In this document: positions 30,302-45,100 of the stretch, piece after piece | Layout: each line of letters begins with the position of its first letter | Numbering within the stretch: the first letter of the stretch is position 1 | NCBI GenBank assembly: GCA_964016885.1 | Contig: OZ024745.1 | Coordinates: 47,430,001-47,494,000, forward strand | Source: Eledone cirrhosa | Taxonomy: Eukaryota | Direction: 5' to 3' | DNA: 64,000 nucleotides | Position numbers and translations under genes: made by a program | Notes under the pieces: model-generated | The model's database searches: none | What the model was told of the DNA's origin: nothing | What the model saw: the letters and a program-made list of their open reading frames with translations, nothing else

Positions 30302-31181
30302 CTCTGTGTGTGTGTACGTTGTGAGGATGAAAATATTTTGTAAACCTCAATGGTTTTTACATAGCGTGTCACTGCCAAATCAATCTGGAGGAAGTTACTA
30401 TGTTTTAGAGTTTAATTGTAACCAGGAATTGCAAATATATAAGTGACATATATAAACTACATTAAGATAGTAGGACTATGCCAGTCTTACTGTCTTAACT
30501 TATCAAAAGCTCACTGCTGATATTCTATGACATTCATATGGTATTTGTCTGTGTTATTCTTGTTGCTACTACTCTTTCCTGTATTGATTTAGTCAGTATT
30601 CCATGAGGTTTCTTGGATGCTTTAATTATAAGGGCCCCAGTTCTATCATATGTGTGTATTTGTACATTAAACATAAAAGCTTGGGCAAAGAGAATTAAAT
30701 GTCTTTACAAATATACAAAATTTGATTTGAATCTAATACTTTATATTGCTGGAAATGGTCCCTTTGGTATATATTCAAAAGAGGGAAAATTGGCACAGAC
30801 ATTAGGCCATAGAACAAAATGCCTTGATGTATTTATTTCAAATTTACCTTTCAGTCTTTCAGGATTGATAAAATAAAGTACCAATCCAAGATGGTAGATG
30901 AGTAAAATAGAGCATTGGATGATATGCCTTGTGGTATTTGTTCTGGCTTTTTGTGTTCTAAGTTTAAATCCTGGTGTGGCCTATTTGGGTAATAGACTTA
31001 GCCTGACACCCAGTTTGACAACACCACCTAGCCCTTGTGTGATTTTAGTGGAGACAACTTTGTTGCAAGAATTTGTGCTAGGTCTTAGGTTTGAGGATTC
31101 CTTCCTCTCTCCCCCAAGATTTAGAGGCCTTGAAAAGCGACATGGTCATTGATTTTTTTTCTTTGACTAAACAATAAATAG

Positions 31182-31214
<33 letters not shown>

Positions 31215-32446
31215 ATATATATTCAACTTCATATAAATCCTTAAGAAATATATAACTATCTGATAACTTCATTTTGATTTGTGGTTGGAACCATTTGATT
31301 TCACTGATGTTGCTAAAGCTCCTTTGGGAGACCTGAACACCCACAACAATAATTTCCCTATTCAGTAAAATTACAGACCCTTCTGCCTCATCAAAATGTA
31401 CCGATATTTATTATACCATAAAATACTAATTGTTATTGAAATGTGTTATCAAGTCACCATTTATATTGTTTTTGTTGATTTCTGATTTTTGTTCTTTTAT
31501 AGAATTCCCCTGAAACACAGTTCATATATTTTCATCCAGAAGAATTTAAATGTTTATCATTTATTTATTTTCTTCTGGTAGTTATGACCAGATTTTAGTT
31601 ATGTTTTTCTAATAAATTTTCAGTTTATCAACTATATTTTTCTTAAGTTGATAAAGTTAAGTTTTAGTTATACTTTATGTTGATACAGTAATCATTTCTT
31701 TGTTTTTTAGTAACTTCTTTTAATTTTTCCATTATTTTTTTTATTATTTTTTAATTTATTTTTTAATAGTCCAGTTTTGATTTGATTTTTAGGTGATATG
31801 AAATGTTCTTACTTGGAGTTAACTTATATCTAAGTCTTGAAATCCAGTATTTCTTTTGTTTTTCTTTTTTGTGTGTGTGTGGGGGGGGGGGGTAGTTTTT
31901 GTGTCTGTATACCTGTCTGTTAACTCCATATCTCCCTAATATGTCACATATATTTAGATGGAAAATATAACACAGCAGTAGCTTATATTTTCCAGATGCT
32001 GTCTTAAAGACATTCATACCAATTCTGCATTGTTGCTGTTCATATATCTTAATCATTAGAAACGTTTCTTTTTTTCCTTTTTTATTATTTATTTTTACTT
32101 GCAGAGGAACATATTTCAGCTTAATCAATAGAAATTATAAATAAACTAATTAATTTGATAAGTGTAATATAATTATATAATTTGGAGAGCTATGTCTTTA
32201 TCTTAATACTCAACTTAGAGAACTAGAAATATATTTTGTATGTGTATACATATATGTGTGTGAGGGTACAGAAATAATATATAAAATTTGTTTCCATCAT
32301 TTCAAATATTACATATAAAATCCTTCTCTGTGTTAGTATCTGGTATTTTTGTTAAATATTAGAATTATTTTCAATATTTCTTAGAATTTTCTTTTGTTTC
32401 TTTATATCTTAATAATTTTTCTTCATTTGAAAAATCTACAATTCTG

Positions 32447-32480
<34 letters not shown>

Positions 32481-32488
<8 letters not shown>

Positions 32489-32700
32489 TAAAATAACAGA
32501 TTAAAGTTTAAGCAAAGAATCACTGCTTTCACCCTTAACGGGATCTTCTGAAACTAAGGGTGAAAGCAGTGATTCTTTGCTTAAACTTTAATCTGTTATT
32601 TTAATAAATATTTGCTCTACGGTTCTTATATATTTGATATATATTTATCCTTATCGAGCCCTCTTTGGATTTTAGTCTTCAAATTTATTATTATTACTAT
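32481..32700. mobile_element. Fold-back Penelope-type 3' end with a near-intact hammerhead on the minus strand (32505-32555)
   Basis: Perfect 57 bp arms at 32481-32537 and 32555-32611. Minus strand reads agttt-CAGAAGA-tcccgttaagggt-GAAA-gca...tgc-TT-aaact. Confidence 0.65.
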
Positions 32701-32944
32701 ATATATATATAATGCTTTCCACTACTGATGATCCAGATGTTACAAATCTGAACACTCAAGAATGCTGGATTTTTAATTCTATGCCTTGGAATCAACTGGT
32801 TTTAGTTTTATGGAACTTGTTTGTGACAATTTAAAGAATTACAATAAATATTGTTAATAATATTAGGAGAATTTTACAAGTGATTTGTAGCAAGATATCT
32901 TTTGATTGGTGAACAGTTTAATATCTAAAATTCCATTTCCATAG

Positions 32945-33067
32945 GGAGAAGACTAGCCCAAGGTCGCCAGAAATTGCTGAAGCATTTTAGACGAAGTTCT
33001 GGTCCTGGGCATAATTCAAGTTTTCGTCATAATAGGAGTTTCCGGTTGAAAAGGCAAGAAGGCGGGA
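32945..33067 (+). CDS. unc80: Probable unc-80 exon (RRLAQGRQKLLKHFRRSSGPGHNSSFRHNRSFRLKRQEGG)
   Basis: tag| acceptor and |gtaagt donor, 123 nt, phase 1-1, open frame; joins in frame to the exon at 49153 (EGG-S-IKRFGS). Confidence 0.7.
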
Positions 33068-33339
33068 GTAAGTATATAATTTCTTATTAATTTTTTTTTC
33101 CTTTTCAGGGTTGCCAATAGTTATTATGGTGAGTTGTTTGTACCTACTTCCAACTAGGTGAATTGGACCATTTGAAACTCAAATACTACATACACAATAG
33201 AATTTAGGTAGCATGATAGAAACTGCCAACCTCTTGGCTGATTATCTTATATCATATTGATTTAGTCCTCTGTGCTCTTTTCACAGAGGAATCTCCAGAG
33301 ATGGTGATCAGAGAGAGGGAGAGAAAAATATTAAATAAG

Positions 33340-34260
<921 letters not shown>

Positions 34261-34383
34261 TAGGAGGTGAGTTTTATTGTAGTACAATAAAGCAATGCAG
34301 ATATCGGATAAGAAGCACTCTACAGTTTGTAGGACTGGAGTATACATAATATAAGATCAAAAGATGGTTAAAGGAGTTCCATG

Positions 34384-34454
34384 TATTTTATTATGCGCAT
34401 TTCAAAAACAAACATCATCATGCAATAATATTTGTGTTTTCATCAGATAAAACA
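34384..34454 (-). ncRNA. Type I hammerhead ribozyme (inverted pLTR copy)
   Basis: Reverse complement of 37749-37819. Confidence 0.8.
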
Positions 34455-34841
34455 GGAGAACATGATATGAAGGCTAAAAAACACTTGTGGATAGTGCAGT
34501 TTTAAATCAACATATGAAAAGTGGTTTTAGATTGATGTGTGATATTGGGAAAAATATTTTATTTAGAGAGGGGGGGGGGGGAGGATGAAAAAGGGGAGGA
34601 GATGAGAGGGAGAGATGGGTGATAGAGAGAAAGAGATAGTTTTTATAACTGAGAGAAGATATATTGTTTTACATAGAGAGGTTGAAAACCGTTGGAAGAT
34701 AATGTATAAATTAAAAGAATTTGAAAATTAACGAAGGGAAAGATATGTACGAGGAAAAAATATTTTATTTAGGGAGGGGGGAGTGGAAAGGATGAAAAAA
34801 GGGGGAGGAGATGAGAGTGAAGGTGGAGAGGGAGAGATGGG

Positions 34842-36692
34842 AGGATAAATCTCAAGGATCACAAAAACAATTTTCGCACTGAACTACCTGTTAGATTAAT
34901 CGCCCCCTCTAAATCTGATCTGGGGGTTGTTAGTAAAGCCATCTTGGATAGAATTATCCCACAGGTTAGTTCTAATTGCTCTTCTTTGAACCTAAATTTA
35001 TGGTTTGGTACTTCTGAAGTGATTGGCTGGTTCAACAAATTGGATTATAAAAACAAACTAAAATTTATTCAATTTGATATTGCCAGCTACTATTCCTCCA
35101 TTTCGCCTTCACTTCTCAATAATGCTCTATCTTTTGCACTTAAATATTCTGACATCACCACAGATGAACTTCACATCATCCTCACCGCACGTAAAACCAT
35201 CCTAGAGTTCAACAACGAATATTGGACCAGAGCCAATACCTCTAACAACTTCGATATCACAATGGGAGCATCCGATTCATCCCAATTGACTGATTTAATT
35301 GGTATCTTTATTTTGAACTCTTTGAGTCAGAAAATTCCTCAACTTCGCGGTGGAATTTATCGTGACGATGGACTCTTTACTATCTTAAATTGCAATATAG
35401 TTAACCTTAATATTATTAAGAACAATATACGTAATCTCTTTAACCAACATAACCTAAAAATTGAATTTGATAATAGTATCAAACTAGCTAATTTCTTGGA
35501 TGTATCTCTTAATCTTGACACTGGCCTATATTACCCTTACCATAAAAACAATGAGAACCTAAATTATGTTAACTTTAAATCTAACCATCCTACCAATATC
35601 AAGAATGCTATAGTTAGTAATATTGGAAAAAGAATATCTAACATATCTTCTAATAAAAACATCTTTGATGCTAACGCCAATTACTATAATAACGCACTTT
35701 CTAAAGCCGGCTATCCAGATAAAATCAAATATAGTAAAGAAACAAATTCTAGAAAAACTTACAGTAGAATAATTAATCATGATCATTCCAATAAATTTAA
35801 TAAAAGACCTAGATACAAAAACATAATCTGGTATAATGCTCCTTTCTCCATCTCTATTAATAACAATATTCCTAAATTATTTTTTAGTGCCTTAAATAAA
35901 TGCTTCCCTCCCTCACATATCTATAGTAAAATATTTAACAAACACACCATCAAATTTTCTTATTCTACATCCTCCAATATTTCCAACATCATCTCTAAAC
36001 ACAACAATAAAATACTAAATACTAAATCTCTTCCTTCCAACATTGAATTTCATAATAACAGTAATAGTACTCCCGACGTCATTGTAAACCCTAGGCTAAC
36101 TTCTGTAAACCCAAATACAACGTCAAACACAACTTCGCTAAATGTTCATAATCCAACTCTAAATCAAGAAACTATTATTCCTATTATTCCTATCGCAAAC
36201 AACTTCTCCAATCCAATTCCTTCTATAGATAACACTAGGTCACTCATTAATAATCTCTCTAATTGCAACTGCCGCATTAAAAATAAATGTCCTCTCAACA
36301 ACCATTGTCTTGATAAAAACTTAATTTATGAATGTAAAGTTATAACTAGCACCAATTCCTTCACCTATTTTGGCTCCACTTCCACCTCTTTTAAAGCTCG
36401 TCTCTATAATCACCATTCATCTTTCAAATACAAACTTAAAAGAACCAACACGGCTCTCTCAGAACTCATATGGTCCTTGAAAGACAAAAACATTAAATAT
36501 ACCATCTTTTGGAAGAAGGTTTCTCCTGCATCCTCATACTTGAACAGCTCTCTATCTAAAATCTGTAATCTCTGCCTAAATGAAAAATTTACCATTATCT
36601 CTAATCTAGATTCTATAATAAATAGACGTACAGATTTGTTTTCTATCTGCCTGCATAAATTCCATAGGACTTTTCACAAAGTATACAGTTAA
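34842..36692 (+). CDS. Penelope-type reverse transcriptase + GIY-YIG endonuclease (5'-truncated, uninterrupted frame)
   Basis: LKDHK...RLIAPSKSDLG, FIQFDIASYY, MGASDSS, IYRDDGL, CNCRIKNKCPLNNHCL, LIYECKV...TYFGST...KARLYNH, CNLCLNEK. Confidence 0.9.
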   Translation, partial: RINLKDHKNNFRTELPVRLIAPSKSDLGVVSKAILDRIIPQVSSNCSSLNLNLWFGTSEVIGWFNKLDYKNKLKFIQFDIASYYSSISPSLLNNALSFALKYSDITTDELHIILTARKTILEFNNEYWTRANTSNNFDITMGASDSSQLTDLIGIFILNSLSQKIPQLRGGIYRDDGLFTILNCNIVNLNIIKNNIRNLFNQHNLKIEFDNSIKLANFLDVSLNLDTGLYYPYHKNNENLNYVNFKSNHPTNIKNAIVSNIGKRISNISSNKNIFDANANYYNNALSKAGYPDKIKYSKETNSRKTYSRIINHDHSNKFNKRPRYKNIIWYNAPFSISINNNIPKLFFSALNKCFPPSHIYSKIFNKHTIKFSYSTSSNISNIISKHNNKILNTKSLPSNIEFHNNSNSTPDVIVNPRLTSVNPNTTSNTTSLNVHNPTLNQETIIPIIPIANNFSNPIPSIDNTRSLINNLSNCNCRIKNKCPLNNHCLDKNLIYECKVITSTNSFTYFGSTSTSFKARLYNHHSSFKYKLKRTNTALSELIWSLKDKNIKYTIFWKKVSPASSYLNSSLSKICNLCLNEKFTIISNLDSIINRRTDLFSICLHKFHRTFHKVYS

Positions 36693-37748
36693 TATTCAAT
36701 TCTTTATCAATTTAGAATCTTTTCTCAAAGGCACATATACATACACTTCTTTAAAATATACCCATCTTCCTACCTTACTTCAAAGGGCATTATACACTCT
36801 ATAATACTTGTTTACTCATTACCCTCTTTCTATCTTCACCTTGTAAAATCCTTCATAACATATACATTTGTTTTTTTGACGTTAGAATATTCATCCGCAA
36901 TTATTATTATTTTTTCTCTCTATCATAAAACTTTTTAATCTCAATTTCATCCTTAATTTTTTTTTTTTTTTTCTCCCCATCAATGAACTCATTCTTAATA
37001 CATATTAACTCTTTCTTCGCACATATTATCAATTCCTTCAATATACAAACTTTAACTTCACATTATTTTTCTCAAATCCTTCTACACACAAACCTTAATA
37101 ATTTTTTCTCTTCGTTAATTTTGAAATTGCCATAATACTTATCAACATACACCTTTTTGACGTTAGAATATTCATCCACAATTATTATTTTTTTCTCTCT
37201 ATCTTCATACATAAACTCCCTCTCTTTCCTCGCAAATATTTTTCCCTTCGTTAATTTTCAAATTCTTTTAATTTATACATTATCTTCCAACGGTTCTCAA
37301 CCTCTCTATGTAAAACAATATATCTTTTCTCAGTTATAAAAACTATCTCTTTCTCTCTATCACCCATCTCTCCCTCTCCACCTTTACTCTCATCTCCTCC
37401 CCCTTTTTTCATCCTTTCCACCCCCCCTCCCTAAATAAAATATTTTTTCCTCGTACATATCTTTCCCTTCGTTAATTTTCAAATTCTTTTAATTTATACA
37501 TTATCTTCCAACGGTTTTCAACCTCTCTATGTAAAACAATATATCTTCTCTCAGTTATAAAAACTATCTCTTTCTCTCTATCACCCATCTCTCCCTCTCA
37601 TCTCCTCCCCTTTTTCATCCTTCCCCCCCCCCCTCTCTAAATAAAATATTTTTCCCAATATCACACATCAATCTAAAACCATTTTTCATATGTTGATTTA
37701 AAACTGCACTATCCACAAGTGTTTTTTAGCCTTCATATCATGTTCTCC

Positions 37749-37819
37749 TGTTTTATCTGATGAAAACACAAATATTATTGCATGATGATGTTTGTTTTTG
37801 AAATGCGCATAATAAAATA
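37749..37819 (+). ncRNA. Type I hammerhead ribozyme
   Basis: tgttttat-CTGATGA-(~16 bp stem II)-GAAA-tgcgca-TA-ataaaata; palindromic stem III; AUA site at 37811. Confidence 0.82.
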
Positions 37820-37858
37820 CATGGAACTCCTTTAGCCATCTTTTGATCTTATATTATG

Positions 37859-37889
<31 letters not shown>

Positions 37890-38044
37890 GTATATATGTA
37901 TATATATGTATATATATATATGTATATATATATATGTATATATATATATATGTATATATGTATATATATATATGTATATATATATATGTATATATATATA
38001 TGTATATATATATATGTATATATATATATGTATATATATATATG

Positions 38045-38111
<67 letters not shown>

Positions 38112-38192
38112 ATATATATATGTATATATATATATGTATATATATATATGTATATATATATATGTATATATATATATATGTATATATATATG

Positions 38193-38273
<81 letters not shown>

Positions 38274-38274
38274 G

Positions 38275-38305
<31 letters not shown>

Positions 38306-38513
38306 GTATATATATATGTATATATGTAGATAAATCTACCAAGAGTTTACGGTAGTGTCCAATCCGTATGAAGAACTCAATGTATTCCGGATATCATGGA
38401 AAGAAGAGATGTAATGAAAATCCAATTTCGGTGAAAGATAAACGGTATACAGAGTCAAGATAAAATATTAAACAAATAATGAACAAACAATTCCTTATAT
38501 TAAACAAAAAAAG

Positions 38514-38668
38514 TTCACTATTTAACGATCGTTTCTAGGGTATATATGTGCTATAATTGGTATGCATATTTAACAGATCTATGTACAAAATTATACAAAA
38601 TTATACAAATTATCAAGATTAAATATACATACCTAACTCATATATACGCCGTCTTCAGAAATAATGAA
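38514..38668 (-). ncRNA. Hammerhead-like motif with extended stem II (sense to element 2)
   Basis: Reverse complement of 46301-46455. Confidence 0.65.
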
Positions 38669-39436
38669 GTATATTTATTGATAAAACAACAATTCAAAAT
38701 ATCAGTTCAAAATTGACCAATGAAAACACAAAGGGTTAAAAAGCAGTTTGGTGTGTGTATATACATGTAAAACCCTACACACATTTTACAATAATATGTG
38801 TATAATATGTATGTGCATACTAAAAAAATGGATGCAAATAAAAAATTTCAAGGTTAATATCTCTGTAAGCTTAATGCGCTGATAAGATACGCAATGATAC
38901 TTATGGAGTCAAGCATATAAATATATTTTTTTCATACTCACACATATCAGTATAATCACACATACATGTGCGTATATATATAAATATACACATAACCACG
39001 AACACACAAACACACACACACCCCCCACTCACATTTATATATGTGGATATAAAATCATAAGCAAATAGAAATTAAGTCACTCACATAAACACACTGGTAC
39101 ACACATTTCAAGATCAAGATACAGAAATTAGGTGGGAGGGGGGGGGAGGGGTCAGTATTAGGTTGTCAGACCAGACAGCCTAATATAAATGTATCTATAA
39201 ATTATGAAAAATAAAAAAATAAAAACAATAAAATATATTACATATAATATAATGTACATACGCATACAGATATACATACACATACATACATGTACGCGCA
39301 CATAGAGATATCTACACATACATACATACACACATACCTATACTGTCATACACACACATACGTTTACACGAACATACACATACACATATAAAAAGATAAA
39401 AATACGGACACACACACGCGCAACACATACACACAT

Positions 39437-39489
<53 letters not shown>

Positions 39490-39600
39490 TATACACACAC
39501 ACACATAGACTCATATATATATACATACACATACATATACTTATACATAAACATATATATCCCACACTCATACCACCATGAAAACACATACAAACATCCA

Positions 39601-39651
<51 letters not shown>

Positions 39652-39864
39652 ATACACACACGTACACATATATGCATATATACATACATATATACACACA
39701 TACACATATATATATATACACACACACATAAAATACAGACATGCACATATATATATATATATATATATACATTTCATTACTCTTATATATACACATAGTA
39801 TATATACATACACAACCTCACTTATACACATATACACATAAGTTATATTACAATAATAATAAAG

Positions 39865-39901
<37 letters not shown>

Positions 39902-40040
39902 TATACACACATATACACATATACATACATACACATACATATACATACATACATACACATACATACATACACCTAAATATAAACATATATAAATACACAC
40001 ATACGAATAAAGACATATATTCACACATAGACACCTATAT

Positions 40041-40080
<40 letters not shown>

Positions 40081-40169
40081 ATATACACACACATACACAT
40101 ACATACACATATATATATATATATACACATATATACACACGCACACACATACAGACACACATACACACT

Positions 40170-40204
<35 letters not shown>

Positions 40205-41890
40205 ATGTGAGTGTGCGCAAATACATACATATATATACACACACACATACAAACACACACAAACACATACATATGCATACGTGCACACACACACACATAT
40301 ATCACATAGATACGAAGATAAACATATAAATAGAGAGACATACAAATATATACAGAACCCATATACACATACATACAAACACGCATATACATATATACAT
40401 ATATACACACATATATTCCTATATACAAGCATACACATACACACACATATATACATATACCTACACATATATATATACCACACATTCACATACACGTACA
40501 TATATAATACATATATATACATACATATACATACATATGTATGTACAATCATATATACACACTCAATCTTACATTCATATTTACATGCTCATATATGTAT
40601 TTTTATATCTAGAAATAAATACCAAAAAAAACTATATAGACACCCATCTACACATATATTCATACATATACACTTACAAAAACAGATGATAATAGTATGG
40701 GGGAAAGGGGGGGGTTTGGAGAAGGGGATCAAAGTAAATATATGTTTCAAGAAACCTATAATATTTTCCATATCTTAATTCAATGTATGTTCTTACATAT
40801 TTTCAATGCTAGGAAATACGAAATCTATGCATCACAAAATAAAAAAGTATACCATTAATCATATGTCAACTAAACCAAAGATAGTCAACATATTGATTTC
40901 CAAGGTGTAAATTAGTTAGGTTTATAATATTTGAAGCAGAATTATGAAGTCAAACAGTAGTAGATTATTAATTACATTATAACTAAATTAAAGTTAATAA
41001 TAGGGAAAAGAAACCCAAATAAAAATAAAATAAAGTATTACATCGGTAGTAGCATATAAATTATATGTTAACTAAGTTAAAAATTATATATTTATTTCAA
41101 TAGTATATGTTAATTAGTATATGTTAATTAGGTATACAATACATAAAGCAGATATTGTATTTCATCAATAGCATAATATAATTATATGCAAATAAAAATC
41201 AAAATTAATACGCATACACATACATATACATACACATACACATACATATACATATACATACACATATATATATATATATATACATATATATACACATACA
41301 TACATATATAGTCACATAAATATACATACAGATACACATACAATACACACATATACATATACATATAGATATACATATCTTTTTCAAAAAATTTGCACAG
41401 AATATATTAACTAGGTATATATCCAAAAACACCTCCCATTCTATGATTACATGAAATTCTGCAATTCGTCTGTACAAGGATACTAATTTTAAGCAAATTA
41501 AAATTAAAATTAAAGTTTTAGGTTGATTAAAGCTAAAACCAAATAATAAATATATTTCCAAAATGTATATTAATTAGGTCAATAATACTAAAAATTCTTT
41601 CTCCGTCATAGGATACATGATATTATTTTGTTATATTTTATCTGTAAAAGAATTATAATAAAAAAAATTTTATAATAAAAGGTTAAACTAAATTAAAAAA
41701 TTATAATAAAAGGTTAAAATAAGTTAAAATTAATCTATAAATTAAATTACTGAATATATATTAGTAATATTTAAAGGTTTTTCAAAATTAATGATTACAT
41801 AATATTTTCTCATCTGTAATAAAATATTAATTAAATTAAATTTATAGGTTAACTAACATTTAAATTAAATTAAATTCTAGAATAATGTTA

Positions 41891-42970
41891 TTAATTAGGT
41901 TTATAATATTTAAATGTTTTTTTTAGTTTATGATTACACGATATAATTAATTCCTGTCTTTTATTTAATAAGATATCCCTAGACTTCATTATTTCAAATA
42001 GTTCTTGGGAACATAATCTACATTCCTTTCTATTATTTTGATAAGGGGTGGCTCTTTTGAGCACACTCCAGGTCAAATCATATTTTATATTTTTATTTTT
42101 ATAACTATTGATTTTTTCTGCTAGAGATGTTGTATTAGCCAGTGCGGCATTTTTAAAGCTATGTTTGTGGGTATTATACCTTGTCTTAAAATTGTTAGAG
42201 GTAGCTCCTATATATGAGCAAATAGAATCTTTAGTTTTAACATTACATTTATAGACTATGTTGTTAACAAGACAATTCCCTTTTAATGGGCAGTTTGTTT
42301 TGTTTCTACAGTTACATCCTTTCGTTAATTCTGTATTTGAGGAGATATTATTGTTAATTTGATGTACTGGTGGTATACTTATAGTTTTCTTACATTTATA
42401 TGCATTATATGCACTTATATTTTGTTTTATGTTATTTGTTGTAGAATATGAGAATTTAACTGTAGACCTATTTAAGATTTGATGGTATTTGTGGTTTGGC
42501 GGGAAGTTTTTCTCAAGGATATAAAAAAATTTTTTAGCAATGTTATCCTTAACTTGTAAATTAAAAGGAGCATTATACCAAGTAACTCGTCTATTACGGT
42601 TTCTATGTTGTTTATTATTTTTATTATTTTTATATGTTGTATCATGATTTTTACTAGGAGGAATAATGTTAATGATCTCACCACAACTATTTTTAGTTAT
42701 ATTTGTAGATTTAGGTGTTTTATCTTTTTTATTAGGAGTTTTATTATTAATATTTATTATAGTCTTATGATGAGTAGTTTTTTGAGGGTTACTATACTTT
42801 ATATTAGAAGATTTAGTATTTTGGGGTATACTGTGGGTGGCATTTAGGTGTGTACCTTTCATTTGGTGTTTGTTGGTAATATTATGCTGTATGTTTTCAG
42901 TATTTTTAGTAGAAGTTATATACTCTAATCTATTTTTGTGGCCACTTCTATCTAGAGCTTCATTATTAAA
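41891..42970 (-). CDS. Penelope RT C-terminus/linker + GIY-YIG endonuclease (5'-truncated)
   Basis: Frame open from 42970 (FNNEALDRSGH...); VTWYNAPF, KFSYST, CNCRNKTNCPLKGNCL, IVYKC...YIGAT...FKTRYNTH, CRLCSQE; homologous to the element 1 ORF. Confidence 0.88.
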   Translation of the reverse strand, partial: FNNEALDRSGHKNRLEYITSTKNTENIQHNITNKHQMKGTHLNATHSIPQNTKSSNIKYSNPQKTTHHKTIININNKTPNKKDKTPKSTNITKNSCGEIINIIPPSKNHDTTYKNNKNNKQHRNRNRRVTWYNAPFNLQVKDNIAKKFFYILEKNFPPNHKYHQILNRSTVKFSYSTTNNIKQNISAYNAYKCKKTISIPPVHQINNNISSNTELTKGCNCRNKTNCPLKGNCLVNNIVYKCNVKTKDSICSYIGATSNNFKTRYNTHKHSFKNAALANTTSLAEKINSYKNKNIKYDLTWSVLKRATPYQNNRKECRLCSQELFEIMKSRDILLNKRQELIISCNHKLKKTFKYYKPN

Positions 42971-44888
42971 TTATTTGAAATAATGAAGTCTAGGGATATC
43001 TTATTAAATAAAAGACAGGAATTAATTATATCGTGTAATCATAAACTAAAAAAAACATTTAAATATTATAAACCTAATTAATAACATTATTCTAGAATTT
43101 AATTTAATTTAAATGTTAGTTAACCTATAAATTTAATTTAATTAATATTTTATTACAGATGAGAAAATATTATGTAATCATTAATTTTGAAAAACCTTTA
43201 AATATTACTAATATATATTCAGTAATTTAATTTATAGATTAATTTTAACTTATTTTAACCTTTTATTATAATTTTTTAATTTAGTTTAACCTTTTATTAT
43301 AAAATTTTTTTTATTATAATTCTTTTACAGATAAAATATAACAAAATAATATCATGTATCCTATGACGGAGAAAGAATTTTTAGTATTATTGACCTAATT
43401 AATATACATTTTGGAAATATATTTATTATTTGGTTTTAGCTTTAATCAACCTAAAACTTTAATTTTAATTTTAATTTGCTTAAAATTAGTATCCTTGTAC
43501 AGACGAATTGCAGAATTTCATGTAATCATAGAATGGGAGGTGTTTTTGGATATATACCTAGTTAATATATTCTGTGCAAATTTTTTGAAAAAGATATGTA
43601 TATCTATATGTATATGTATATGTGTGTATTGTATGTGTATCTGTATGTATATTTATGTGACTATATATGTATGTATGTGTGTATATATATGTATATATAT
43701 ATATATATATGTGTATGTATATGTATATGTATGTGTATGTGTATGTATATGTATGTGTATGCGTATTAATTTTGATTTTTATTTGCATATAATTATATTA
43801 TGCTATTGATGAAATACAATATCTGCTTTATGTATTGTATACCTAATTAACATATACTAATTAACATATACTATTGAAATAAATATATAATTTTTAACTT
43901 AGTTAACATATAATTTATATGCTACTACTGATGTAATACTTTATTTTATTTTTATTTGGGTTTCTTTTCCCTATTATTAACTTTAATTTAGTTATAATGT
44001 AATTAATAATCTACTACTGTTTGACTTCATAATTCTGCTTCAAATATTATAAACCTAACTAATTTACACCTTGGAAATCAATATGTTGACTATCTTTGGT
44101 TTAGTTGACATATGATTAATGGTATACTTTTTTATTTTGTGATGCATAGATTTCGTATTTCCTAGCATTGAAAATATGTAAGAACATACATTGAATTAAG
44201 ATATGGAAAATATTATAGGTTTCTTGAAACATATATTTACTTTGATCCCCTTCTCCAAACCCCCCCCTTTCCCCCATACTATTATCATCTGTTTTTGTAA
44301 GTGTATATGTATGAATATATGGGTAGATGGGTGTCTATATAGTTTTTTTGGTATTTATTTCTAGATATAAAAATACATATATGAGCATGTAAATATGAAT
44401 GTAAGATTGAGTGTGTATATATGATTGTACATACATATGTATGTATATGTATGTATATATATGTATTATATATGTACGTGTATGTGAATGTGTGGTATAT
44501 ATATGTGTAGGTATATGTATATATGTGTGCGTATGTGTATGCTTGTATATAGGAATATATATGTGTGTATATATGTATATATGTATATGCGTGTTTGCAT
44601 GTATGTGTATATGGGTTCTGTATATATTTGTATGTCTCTCTATTTATATGTTTATCTTCGTATCTATGTGATATATGTGTGTGTGTGTGCATGTATGCAT
44701 ATGTATGTGTTTGTGTGTGTTTGTATGTGTGTGTGTATATATATGTATGTATTTGCGCACACTCACATACACATATATATATATATATATATATATATGT
44801 GAGTGTGTATGTGTGTCTGTATGTGTGTGCGTGTGTATATATGTGTATATATATATATATGTGTATGTATGTGTATGTGTGTGTATAT

Positions 44889-44930
<42 letters not shown>

Positions 44931-45069
44931 ATATAGGTGTCTATGTGTGAATATATGTCTTTATTCGTATGTGTGTATTTATATATGTTTATATTTAGGT
45001 GTATGTATGTATGTGTATGTATGTATGTATATGTATGTGTATGTATGTATATGTGTATATGTGTGTATA

Positions 45070-45100
<31 letters not shown>

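Larger units (their letters stand above)
34341..37862 (+). mobile_element. Penelope-like element 1 (Naiad-like), 5'-truncated, with inverted pLTR
   Basis: RT + GIY-YIG ORF; 34341-34841 is the reverse complement of 37363-37862; hammerhead in the 3' end; lies in (TA)n. Confidence 0.92.

Noticed and set aside
34261-34340. 80 bp unique segment between the microsatellite and the element 1 inverted arm
   Set aside because: Possibly another element's terminus, but too short to assign
34842-36692. Selenocysteine recoding in the Penelope ORFs
   Set aside because: No in-frame TGA in either ORF; the conserved Cys positions are ordinary Cys codons
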